DNA of 64,000 bases from Anthoceros angustus (Eukaryota > Plantae > Anthocerotophyta), in the NCBI GenBank assembly GCA_010909165.1, contig VJWM01000209.1, positions 62,001 to 126,000 on the forward strand. Direction: 5' to 3'. The position numbers were made by a program, and so were the translations under genes. Below, piece after piece: positions 39,061 to 51,880 of the stretch. Each line of letters starts with the position of its first letter. Within the stretch, counting starts at the first letter, position 1. Under the pieces are notes generated by a model. The model was not told the origin of the DNA, made no database searches, and was given only the letters and a program-made list of their open reading frames with translations.

Positions 39061-42000
39061 CGGGGCAGAATATGAGGGTGGCCTTATGTCGGCATCATTA
39101 GCGCGTAGTCCGTTTATGGGGCCGAATGGGGTAACCACTGGATGTGTCCACGCAGCGAGGTGGTTGCGAGCAGTAATGTCGGACATGTCGTCATTACGTG
39201 CAAGGAAAAGCGGGGTCATGACCTCGCCATCCGTGATAGATTGGCGTGTCCGCTCGTCTTTCGGGGGTGTGCACTTGGGGCTGGCACGCTTTGCCGTTCA
39301 AGGTTTGGTTTGTCTACGCACCCGATTCGTCCGTCAATCTTCCAGCGACATGGAACAACAAGCCTTCGCCACGCGAACTTTGCAAGGGTTTGTTCATCGG
39401 GATCATCCGAGGAAGTGCTAAAGCCGCTTCAACGCAACATGCTTGCCCTCTCCCCTCCACAGAGCTATCGCGCATCATGGCCGGTATTGGTGAAGCGAGC
39501 CGCCATCATCATGGTGCCGCTTTGAGAAGACATGGGAGTGGGCGTCCCGTCACGCGGCTTCTCGAGCGTTTCCCTTAGTTCATGGCTAAGGTTAAATCAT
39601 ATGCAAACCACGTGTCATGTGCTGGGATAAATCATATGCAAACCGGCATTGACATTCGATAACCACTTCGCACGGCGTATCGCCTGGCGGGTTGGAGGCT
39701 TTCGAATCGGGATGGATGCACTTTGCGTGAGCAGGCGGCCTGGCCGGCAGTTCCCTTTATATCCCAGTATGGTTCGTATAGAAGCGTTTTGGCATGGCCC
39801 GTCCCCAGTCTTCCACTGTCCGACTTGTCCTTTGAGGCCGGCTGATCATGCCATATTCCGGCAGTTTGCACTTGGATAAAGTCCGGGACACACGGGCCCA
39901 TGCGTCGAATCTTTATGACAGGCGTCGTGAAAAACACAAAGGTAGCCTATGGCCGCACAATCTTCAAACAACATGCCAGCAAAAAGCACATAGCAAGCAA
40001 TCCAAGTCACAAAAATTGCTATGCCTTTGCTACGTGATTAGAGCGGGCGGCTCGGGCGTCACGGCCGAAGCAGTCGAGGCCGTTGTGAGACCGTTCTGGG
40101 CGTGCGCCCGGCGTTCGTTCCACAGCGTAAGGCGGCGGTAGGGGCGAGCAACGCTGCCACTCGACCGAGGCGGGGCGGGAGTCTGCATCTTTAAATTGTT
40201 GCCTTGTGCACCCAAGCTAGAAGTCTTTTTCTCTCTCTTTCGAGTTTTCACTTCGCACTTGAGTTTTACCTTCGCGAGTTTTCACTTTCACGGTTTCGTT
40301 TGTCTTTCGATTTTGGCATTTCTTTTTCTAACTTTCTTGCAGGCGTTGAAGGGTATACAGCGATTTGGATCCTCTGTCTTGAGTAATACTTCTTTCTTTG
40401 TTCATTATACGGTCCAGATAGAAAGTTAATCATTTGAAAATTTCGTCAAGCGGGAATATTTCGAGCAATGGTAAATGTCAAATATAGATATATAATTTCA
40501 CCACTGTAAATATGATATACTAACCTCAAATAGTGCAAACAACTCCTTTTGATTCTTGATAACTACAAACAAAAAAGAGTTAATATTTTACCTCCATTTC
40601 AAGTCGAAGAAGATCTTGCTCGGTAAATACCTTTCTCACTAATGTGAGGCAATGGCTGTGAAGATTTCCCACACTACGGAAATGTGATTGGGCGTTACGC
40701 AAAGAAGTATCAACCTTAGAATTTGCATATTTGGTAAATACGAATATCAATATTTTCCTTGTTTAAATACAGAAATTGTTACGGAACTAACCTTTTGAAT
40801 GTTTTTTGTAGTTTATGGATCTTCCATCAGAGTTAACAAGTCTGTGGTTTTTAGCTCCTTATTTTCAATGGCGGCTGATATTTCTACATTATCAAAACAC
40901 AAAATATTTCATTAGGACTACATCAACTGATTCAAATAAACTATTAAAAACAATACAAACCGATAACACTTACTTTTCTGGATCTCCATGTCTTTGCTCT
41001 AGGGTTCTTTGTCGACCCATCTTCTTGCTGATTGGTCAGGCTGGATCTATTGAGGCTATGTTCCCAAATTTTTCCTTGATGGTCCATACGCTGGCATTAT
41101 CTTCTGACTCACCTATTTTCCTCTTTTTGTCCTTTGGGAAAACAGTAATTAATTAGTAAAATACTAGTTACAAATATATTTAATTATTTACAAATATACA
41201 ATAGCAATTACCTGATGTGAGATGGCTGTGTTGTTGATTTTATCATCCATTTCTTCTATTTTTTCCTTAATTTCCTTAGCTGCAGCTACTTGTTCAGCAG
41301 CACTCTGTAAACAAATATATTAGTACTTCCTAATGTAAACAAATACATATATTACGAAATGTTTGTTGTTTACCTCCAAAATTGACTGAACTGTGATCTG
41401 ATGTCCATTGAATCTTCGGACCAGAGTCATTGTTTCCAACTCTAATTGAGCACTTGATCGGAGATTCTTCTTAATATCCTGTAACCATATACAACCATTG
41501 TAAGTTGCTGATACCTATATTTTTGTTCTATAGTTCTAGAGAAGGTTGCGGAATCAAGTATTTACCTTTTAATTTTTCCAATTGAGCAGGCATCTGGCAA
41601 AGGAGCTGCAAGTCCTTTTTGTCCATTGATGTGAACATAGTGTGCTCTGTGAGTACTGTATCAAATATATCCAATTAGAAATGTTGACAGGAAAGTCAAT
41701 TCAGATAATTGCAATGTACTACCTTTCTCAACTATTTTTCGTATCTCAATGAGAGGGATTTCGAACTTCAGCCTGTCATCATATCCTGGATCCCCATGGG
41801 TGGGAACATGATTGTTCGATCGCCAGTTAGGATTTGTTGGCTCTCTACTATTGTGATCGCTCTCTGGAGAAAAAATCATTTTAGCCATGGATTTATCAAC
41901 CTAAAAATGGATTTAGCGGCTGTAGGCAGAAATCATGATTACCTTCTTGGATTTCGACCATTTCATCGTTGCTCTCATTCTCGGATACCATTCTGAAATA

Positions 42001-42469
42001 AAAACATCGGTCAGGTCAACGCACACAAACAATGCTCATGCTTCAACTTTTGAAACATCTACGGAGTGCCTGCAACATGCTCGATGCTGCTGCTAAAGCA
42101 TGCTAAGGAGCCCTTTGCAAAGCCACGCATGTGGGACTTCGTGCGGGAGGGCGCATGCTATCACCACGGGATCTCACCATGTGGTGATATTACGTGATGA
42201 TCTCCATAAGATGGCATGCTTTTGCCACAGAATGTTGTGGCAGCGTTATGCGATTTACTGCGTGCGCGAGTTCTTTGTTGCGTCTTTGCGCTGCGGTTTG
42301 CGCATCCTTCAGCTATGCTTTGAATCATGCGATTATGCGTACCTTGATTATGCGCATCTTTGTGTGCATGCCACATTGTTACTTCTACAGAGCAGGGAAA
42401 ACAAATTGATACCAACCTTTCAGTATAAGCGATTGATTTCCTACACAAAAAACGGAAAATGATAGGCGC

Positions 42470-45400
42470 GACCACTTGATGTGTTCTCTTGTTGATGCAG
42501 TAGGCGTGGCGCCTTACTCGAAGATTCTTTTGCTATCTACACACGGAGTGATTAGTTTGTTAGGAACTCTGATCACAACATGTGGCGTTCTTTGACGACG
42601 TGCGACTCTAAGTAAATTCAAAACCTGAGGACTGATCTTAATCTGGAGCTTTTGATACTGGAATCTTACCTTGAAGACAGATGAAAGCAGGCTGGTACAT
42701 GAGGCGTATGTGTGCGGTGGCAGCATAAGCGCTCATGACAAGGGCCATGTGCCATGCTAATCAAGGCGAAATTGCACTCACAACCACAGTTAAGATAAGC
42801 GTATTACTGGGCTAACAAAGCAGCGGTCTTAAAGGACAAAATGGGAGCGTCCTTGTCTGTCCGAGGCCACGAACCGTCATCCCTTTACCAAAGCTCACGG
42901 AAAAACCCTTGGGATCCGTGTGGCTACCAATCGAACAAACATCACAATCCGATTTTCTCGTGACCTATGCCCCTTTTATCTACCTCGCGCGGCGTTCTTG
43001 CTGAATCGCGGGCGCCGCGCCGGGCGCCGTGGCGCAATCCGAAATCGTGCCATTGCCATTGCCCGGTCGTTTGGGCAATAATGCGCCGTGACTCACCGGT
43101 CGATTCGTTCCCTTGATGCCCGTGTCTTCACACCGGTCACACATACACATATCGCACGCACATACATGCTCACGGAACACATACCATGCCGACCATGCGC
43201 ATGGTGCACACATTAACCCGGACATCGTAGGCACCAGTGTCGCGGTAGTCGGCGGTGGCATAGCGCTCATGACAAGGGCCATGTGCCATGCTAATCAAGG
43301 CATTGCACTCACAACCACGATTAAGATAAACCGTATTACTAGGCTAACAAAGCAGCGGTCTTGAAAGCAAAATGGGAGCGTCCTTGTCTGTCCGAGCACA
43401 AACCCGTCACTATCCCTTTACCAAAGCTCACGGAAAAACCCTTGGGATCCGTGGTACTGCAATCGAACAAACATCAACAATCCGGTTTTCTCGTGACCTA
43501 TGCCCCTTTTATCTACCTCGCGCGTTCTTGCTTTGAATCGCGGGCGCCGCATCGTGCGCTCAATCCGAAATCGTGCCATATTGCCCGGCTGCCGGTCGTT
43601 TGGGCAATAATGCGCCGTGACTCCACGATCGATTCGTTCCCTTGATGCCCTGTCTTCACACACCATTCACCACATATCGCACATGACATACATGCTCACG
43701 GAACATACCATGCCGACCATGCGCATGGTGCACATACACATTAACCCGGACATCTAGGCGCACCACGCCGTGTCGCGGCGGTAGCGGTGGCAACATAGCG
43801 CTCATGACAAGGGCCATGTGCCATGCTAATCAAGACGAAATTGCACTCACAACCACGATTAAGATAAACCGTATTACTAGGCTAACAAAGCGGCGGTCGG
43901 CCCCTTGCCAAAGGCGGTCACGGTATTCTGCGAGGCGGCACTTTGGCATTCAAATCCATAGAACCTACGATAAAACCTTGAAACATGCTATCGCGTAATT
44001 GGGGTTGAAGGTCGCTCATGCTCTGCGACCCATGGCCAACAAAGCGGCCACCGCCTTTCTTGAGATCAAAATACTCGTCCACATGCTTTTCCCGATCGCT
44101 TCTCTCTAGCTCGATGGCGAGCCATCAGTTCCTCTTCTTCGTCCTTTGTCGAGCTCGTTTTACCACAGCAGACTGGTCCATTCAACCCATTCACGTAGTA
44201 TTGTTTTCAATACCGGACGCATAAATCGCCAACATTGTTATTTAGCAAGTACCGGCATTGATCGGTTCATCCCATTCCGGAATCCACATGTAGACATGTA
44301 AGCAAGATAAAAGGCCCTTGGGTAGCCAATGGCATCGCCCGCTTTCTCCGATGCAAGTGGTGAGCCACACTTTCAAGCTACGCCGTCGGCGGGTTTCTCT
44401 CGTTGTTGTAAACCAATCCTTCTTGAGGCCGGTGATCAAAACACGGTGCATGAATAGGTGATGCTCCAACTGGCAGCTCCCTCGATGGTCCGGACAAATG
44501 TCATCTATTCGCCCATACGCAAGCTCAAACAAATCCACAGCGATCATATGGGAAGTTCTCGATGTTACATGTCTCATGATGAGACTCCACATATAGCAAA
44601 AGCGGAAAATGTTAAGCGCGACCACTTGATGTGTTCTACTGTTGGTACGAGGCGGGCGTGACTGCCTTACTCGAAGATTCTTTTGCTATCTACACACGGA
44701 GTGATTAGTTTGTTAGGAACTCTGATCACAACATGTGACGTTGCTGACTGACACGTGCCTGACTCTAAGTAAATTCAAAACCTGAGGACTGATCTTAATC
44801 TGGAGCTTTTGATACTGGAATCTTACCTTGAGGCAGATGACGGCGGTACATGAGGCGTATGTGTGTGGTGAGCACCAGCGCTCATGACAAGGGCCATGTG
44901 CCATGCTAATCAAGGCATTGCACTCACAACCACAGATTAAGATAAACCGTATTACTAGGCTAACAAAGCGGCGGTCCGGCGGCCAAAATGGGAGCGTCCT
45001 TGTCTGTCCGAGCACAAACCCGTCACTGTCCCTTTACCAAAGCTCACGGAAAAACCCTTGGGATCCGTGTAGCTGCCCAATCGAACAAACATCGGCAATC
45101 CGATTTTCTCGTGACCTATGCCCCTTTTATCTACCTCGCACTTTTCGGCGTTCTTGCTGAATCGCGGGCGCCCGCGGGTGGCCAATCCAATCGTGCCATA
45201 TTGCGGTCGTTTGGGCAATAATGCGCCGTGACTCCAGATCGATTCGTTCCCTTGATGCCCATTGTCTTCACACATTCACACATACACCACATATCGCACG
45301 CGACATACATGCTCACGGAACACATACCATGCGACCATGCGCATGGTGCACATACACATTAACCCGGACATCAGCTACGCGCCGTGTCGCGGCGGTAGCG

Positions 45401-45600
45401 GTGGCGGCATAAGCGCTCATGACAAGGGCCATGTGCCATGCTAATCAAGGCGAAATTGCACTCACAACCACGATTAAGATAAACCGTATTAGGCTAACAA
45501 AGCGGCGGTCGGCGGCCCCAGCAAAGGCGGTCACGGTATTCTGGCGAGCACGCATTCAAATCCATAGAACCTACGATAAAATCTTGAAACATGCTATCGC
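42470..45600. repeat. Complex tandem array of a roughly 430-bp core and roughly 105-bp flanking module; the core recurs at 55907-56340 (candidate LTR)
   Basis: The module GCGCTCATGACAAGGGCCATGTGCCATGCTAATCAAG starts near 42728, 43262, 43798, 44878 and 45413. The core CAAAATGGGAGCGTCCTTGTC...GGACATC occurs at about 42838, 43368 and 44985, and again at 55907 in the same orientation. Confidence 0.8.
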
Positions 45601-46972
45601 GTAATTGGGGTTGAAGGTCGCTCATGCTCTGCAATGGGCCCGCCAACAAAGGCACCCGCCTTTCTTGAGATCAAAGTACTCGTCCACATGCTTTCCCGGC
45701 GCTTCTCTCTAGCTCGATGAGCCATCAGTTCCTCTTCTTGTCAGCGAGCTCGTTTTACCACAGCAAGACTGGTCCATTCAACCCATTCACGTAGTATTGT
45801 TTTCAATACCGGCACGCAAATCGCCAACATTGTTATTTAACAAGTACCGGCATTGATCGGTTCATCCCATTCCGGAATCACATCGTAGACATGTAATAGA
45901 TAAAAGGCCCTTGGGTAGCCAATGGCATCGCCCTTTCTCCGATGCAAGTGGTGAGCCACACTTTCAAGCTAGTCGGCGGGTTTCTCTCGTTGTTGTAAAC
46001 GAAATCCTTCTTGAGGCGGTGATCAAAACACGGTGCATGAATAGGTGATGCTCCAACTTTGGCAGCTCCCTCACGATGGCGGGTCCGGACAAATGTTTGT
46101 CTATTCATACCTCGCCTCAAACAAATCCACAGTGATCATACGGGAAGTTCTCGATGTTACATGTCTCATGATGAGACTCCACATATAGCAACATAGCTCG
46201 AGAATGTTTACGGCCTTTGGTTTCTGGATTGTATTTGCGGACCAAGGAACCCGCCACTTGTCCTCCCAAGGACATTCGAAATTGAGGAACACTATCTTTG
46301 CGATCTTGACAAGTTTTGCAGTGTAATCCGCCTCTGGATCCATAACAAGCCAACTATCCTCACGAAGGTAGGTGATTCTGACTTGCATAATGACTCTGGC
46401 AATAGCGTGCCTCTTGGCAATCGGTGACACCACCGCATGAGTCAATTCCCTTAGCAGCAAAGCAAGCGGACCACGCTATGCGGCAATGAATGTCGGTGCT
46501 TCGATTCACCATGGCGCCTTAACAACTCTTCACGGGAAAACTCCCACGCTCTCACGTTAGCTAGGCCTTCCTTTCGATCGTCCACGGCCTCTGATGCCGC
46601 GAGATCGCACACAAGCGGATCGGCTGTCTTGAAACACGGCAATTGCACCAATCGATGCTTGCGCCTTTTACCGCTGCTTGCTCCTTGAGATCGGTGGATC
46701 GCCTTGTTGGCGACGACAATCCCACGAGTTGTGCAATCCTCAGTTGGGCTATGACCGGCCGTCGGTGCTTCGCCGCCCCAAGACCTCTTGTCCTCCACCG
46801 TACTTGTCCCTTCACCACCAGCCACACCGTGGCGAAACCCACTTTAGACAAGGGCTGGTTCTTCAACAAATCTCACACTCTCCCTCGTGTCATACCCTTG
46901 ATCACCCTTCACTCTCCACCGCAGCGCGTTTGTTGCCGGACAACGGCGGCCGGGCTTTTGTGGGTAACCCTA

Positions 46973-47175
<203 letters not shown>

Positions 47176-50100
47176 CAGCTGGTGGCCTCACGCTTGTGGT
47201 TGCGTCCTTGTGTCAAGGTTGGGTAGGTGACAAGGCGCGGATGCCGCATGTGCTCTTTGCATCGGCGACCATCACATCCCTCAATTCAATTACACCTTGC
47301 TCTCCGTCCTTTTCTGGCGTAAGATTAAGCGACTGTCTGGCGTCTAAGGTCGGAATGATCGATCTTTGTAAATACGAAATCTCCACTTCAAACTTTCTTG
47401 CTTTTGGTTTCCACGAACCACCTCTTGTGAAGCATACCTAAGTTGATCCGGTCTTTGTGCTATGGCGGTTGTCCATCGCCATTGGCATTACCCGTTGGAA
47501 TAACCGTTCTCTGTTGCAACTCGAAAGGCACACCTCGGGATCTGTGCCCGATTCAACGGCTTGGGTATGTGTCATACAATGTTTGGCATCACGCGTTTGA
47601 CCGAACATGATGTAATATGGGCTGAAGTTACCCAAGGCCGCTGTCGCTTATCCGTAACCCAATGCCACATATGGCGGCAACTCATCCCAACAACTAGGCT
47701 CAACTTGTGCGGTTTGCGGCGAATCCTTGAAGGTTTGAACCAACGCTCCGCCAACCCGTCGACTTGTGGATGATCTCGTGATGTCACGTGATCAATCGGG
47801 CTACGGTCAAGCGGTGCGAAACTCACCTCGAATTCATTGCCACAGTGCATCAATACTTGACTCTCCCATACCTACTAAGAACACTGCAAGAAGGCTCGTC
47901 TTTGTGTCTTTGTGAGCTCACCGGAAGGAAGGCTAGCTCAACCCACTTTGAAAAGTGTTCTATCATGAGCATACGATGTCGATTGCCACCGCGTGGCAGC
48001 TCGGGCATCAAGTCTCGGACCATCGAAGAAAAGCCCCACGATAGGTAATGAGTGCGGCATGACATCTTGACTATTAAACGGCTTTACGGCATCACTGGCG
48101 CCTTGGCAACCACCTTCTCCACGTCGGCATACATACGGACCCAGTATGTGTTCTTAAGCATGTGATGCGTCCGTTTAACACCAAAGTGGCCAAGCGTTTA
48201 TGCACCTTGGTCACCGGCGCTTCATCTTCCATAGGTGGAACTTCTTTGAGAATCCGTGATCGTTTACGAATACCTTCGTCATGGCTATATCTTATTTTTG
48301 TGTAGTTTCTTGGCGTAACCATGTCCGGCCCGGCCACATGCCCTTATTGCGGCGGTGCATGGCTTCTTGGTGTTTCCATATGTCTCGCCCTCCTTGACGA
48401 TTGCCCTCCACCTTTCTTGACGGACATTAATGCCATGTAGCTGGGCAAACTTTGTGTGAGTCCAATCGTGCCTTGCTTATCATATCTCTTTTGTTACTGG
48501 GTTCGGTGAGCCATCGGCATTGAGATGCACCTTGCCCTTTCGATGCGATTTTGTCATTAAAGCGGTGCCCACCTAGCAAGCTTTCCGCTCGACTTCATGT
48601 TCGTCATTAGCCAATGTAGTGGTTGATGGTCTGACAATGGAAGCTCCGTCAAACAAATATACGAAATGCAACACGCCCTGCGCTAAGCATTCGCCTTCAT
48701 AGGACGAATAATTTGCTTCTTATTGTTGGACCTACTTGCGTGTCGACAACCGCTCCGCCAACCCGTCAACTTGTGGATGATCTCGTGATGTCCGTGATCA
48801 ATCGGGCTACGGTCAAGCGGCGAAACTCACCTCGAATTCATTGCCACAGTGCATCAATACTTGACACTCCCATACCTACTAAGAACACACCGCAAGAAGG
48901 CTCGTCTTTGTGAGCTCCTCACGGAAGGAAGGCTAGCTCAACCCACTTTGAAAAGTGTTCTATCATGAGCATACGATGTCGATTGCCCCGCTTGGTAACC
49001 GCAGTGCATCAAGTCTACGGACCATCGAAGAAAAGCCCCACGATAGGTAATGAGTGCGATGACATCTTGACTATTAAACCCGGCTTACGGCATCACAAGC
49101 GCCAGCAACCACCTTCTCCACGTCGGCATACATACGGACCCGGTATGTGTTCTTAAGCATGTGATGCGTCCGTTTAACACCAAAGTGGCCAAGCGTTTAT
49201 GCACCTTGGTCACCACCGCTTCATCTTCCATGGGTGGAACTTCTTTGAGAATCCGTGATCGAATACCTTGCCGTCAGTAACTATATCGGCTTATTTTTGT
49301 GTAGTTTCTTGGCGTGACCATGTCCAGCCCACATGCCCTTATTGCGGCGGTGCATGGCTTGGTGTTTCCATATGTCTCGCCCTCCTTCACCGATTGCCCT
49401 CACCTTTCTTGACGGACATTAATGCCATGTAGTGGGCAAACTTTGTGTGTGAGTCCGTCGTGCCTTGCTTCATATCTCTTTTGTTGCACACGGGTTCGAG
49501 CCCATTGAGATGCACCTTGCACCTTTCGATGCGATTTGCACATCGTGAAAGCGGAGTGCCCACCTAGCAAGCTTTCCGCTTAACTTCATGTTCGTCATTA
49601 GCCAATGTAGTGGCTGATGGTCCGTGACAAGCTGGAAGCTCCGGCCAAACAAATATACCCTGAAATGCAACACCGCCCACACTGCTGCTAAGCATTCGCC
49701 TTCATAGGACGAATAATTTGCTTCTGCTGTATTGTTGGACCTACTTGCGTACGCGACAACCCGCTCCTTCCCCTCTTCATCTGTTTGTGCCAACACTGCT
49801 CCAATCCCGGCTGCACTCCAGTCCGTATATAAGATGAAAAGTTTGTCAAAGTTGGGCCTTCTGAGCATTGGTCTCTCCGTCAACGGTTTTTAGCTCTGCC
49901 ATGCTTGTTCTGCGCATGACCCCACGCCCGTGGGCACCTTTCTTGAGCAAGTCATACTGACACTGCGGGTTCCACTCATGTTTCGATGAAGCGGCGATAG
50001 TAGTTGACAAGCCCGAAGGCCCTCAAGGTGGCAACATCTTTGGCACAGGCATAAGGTTCTTGCTGCACCTTGGCCAAGCGCACCCACAGGACAATCTTAT

Positions 50101-50989
50101 GTCCCAAATACTCTATCTCTTTGTAGGCAAACTTGCACTTTTGGGATGTGCTTTCAAACCCGACTTGGCCAATCTCTGCGGCAGGACTTCCGGTGTTCAA
50201 GATGTTCCCCCAATGTGTTACTAAACACCAGAATATCGTCTATGTAGCACCTCACAAAGGGCAACCCTTGTAGCTCTAAGTCAGCCACCCGCTGAAAGTA
50301 TATAGACGCGTTCTTCAAGCCGAACGGCATCGTTTCCCATTCCCAAAGTTGATCCTTGCCCCAAAACGCTGTCTTACACTTGTCTCCCTCTTCAATGACA
50401 ATCTGGTTGAACCCAGATCGAAAGTCTAGTGTAGTGAAATACTTGGCTTGCCCTATGGCATCAAAAATTTCATCAGGAGTGGGCATGGGGTACCGCTCCA
50501 TAGGTGTGACTTCGTTCAGCGATAATCCCGCACATTCGCTTGTCCTTCCATTCACCATGCTCATCCTTCTTCAGCGGCAACAAGTGGCGGCGTATTGAGA
50601 GGTTGACTTCCTAATTAGCCTCGCCAACTCCTTGCATCGCTTGTCCACAATCTCCCTCCATGGGACTCAACTTATGCCTTCGTGAAATATGGGCTCTTGG
50701 TGGTGGTGGTGATCTTGAATTTTACTTTGTCATCGCCCGGCTCATTCAGCTTACACCGGTTGTGTTGCGGCATACCCGAATCTTTTGCCGATCGACCTCC
50801 TCGTTCTTCACAAATCTACCACTCATGTGTTTCCCTTAGATCATTTTGTCCCACAGGTGGCGTTTACATGTTGCGGCGCTCATTCGCGGTGCCCTTGCTT
50901 GGTTCTCTTGGAAAACCGTCGCCTTGACAAGCACACGGCAAAAGCTATTATCCATGTCACTTGGGTGGCCATGCCTGACTAACAACCAT

Positions 50990-51880
50990 TATGGCGATTA
51001 AGGTCAAAAGCACCACCGGTTTGCATCGATATGCTTGAATACCGTGCGTGAAGGTACACTTTGCCGAATCCCATGGCCCGTTCGTTCCTTATGGTGGGTT
51101 CCCGATTTCATTCCGTTCACATCCGGCACCATGCCATCCCCCCCGAGCATATGATTGTGCGGTCCTTACGGTGTGGGCGAGCCCTTGCGGCACCTACTCG
51201 TTGGTGGAAGGCGGTCTATCCTTCTGCGTCTTGTTGAGCGTCGCCCTTCCTCCAGAATTTCATCCACATACTTTTCCACCGGAATCGTCAGTACTTGATG
51301 CTGCCTGAGAATTTCCACTTCAGCCATGTTTGTCCAAAAGCTCCGTACTCGGTGAGCATATGACCCAGTCTGGGCTGCATCGATGATGAACTCTTCACCC
51401 AACCATCGCCTGAGCTGCTCATAGTCCCTCCGGACGTTCTCACGTTTATCAAATGCCCCACATACATTCTCCAAAATGTACCAACAGCTTGGATTGCGCA
51501 ACTGCACTTCCCTTAGGATTCGGATCACCTCGGCGGCCATCTCTACACCGTTGCCATAACCGCGCCCGGCTCTGGAAAAAGTTCGACACTCCCATCCTGC
51601 GATTAGCATGTCCACAGGACACCTGATTGCCTCAAGCTGTCGTTTCCCCACCAACATGATATCCAGGGGCAATCTGCTTTGACAACCCTTGATTGCTTCG
51701 ATGCTCAGCAATTCAGGATACTTCCTTTGCAACGACAATTCTTGCTTTGGCCACGCGTGTCTTCTCATCCGACTCACGCCGTGTATTTCTTTACCATAAG
51801 CCACTTTTCAACACGGCTTCCGGCCAGCTGGCGATGCCGCATAGCTCCATGAGGTGGATCCACGACGTCCGCTTGCCCTC
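50990..51880 (-). CDS. C5-cytosine DNA methyltransferase catalytic domain, DNMT3-like, embedded in gypsy pol
   Basis: Motif I WIHLMELC(G)GIA (51833-51862), motif IV PVDMLIAGWECRTFSRAG, motif VI WYILENV and motif VIII GSYAHRVRSFWTNM, with IV, VI and VIII all in ORF 51166-51804. Downstream are ERAMGF (51066-51086) and GGAFDLN (50997-51017) at the positions expected for motifs IX and X. Confidence 0.88.

Noticed and set aside
41661-41888. piggyBac-like transposase from the motif DPGYD.RL
   Set aside because: Only a few residues match and no DDD catalytic region or TTAA ends were seen.
50990-51880. Bacterial restriction-modification methyltransferase or contamination
   Set aside because: The domain is embedded in gypsy pol in two diverged copies, its motifs are DNMT3-like, and the surrounding genes have spliceosomal introns.
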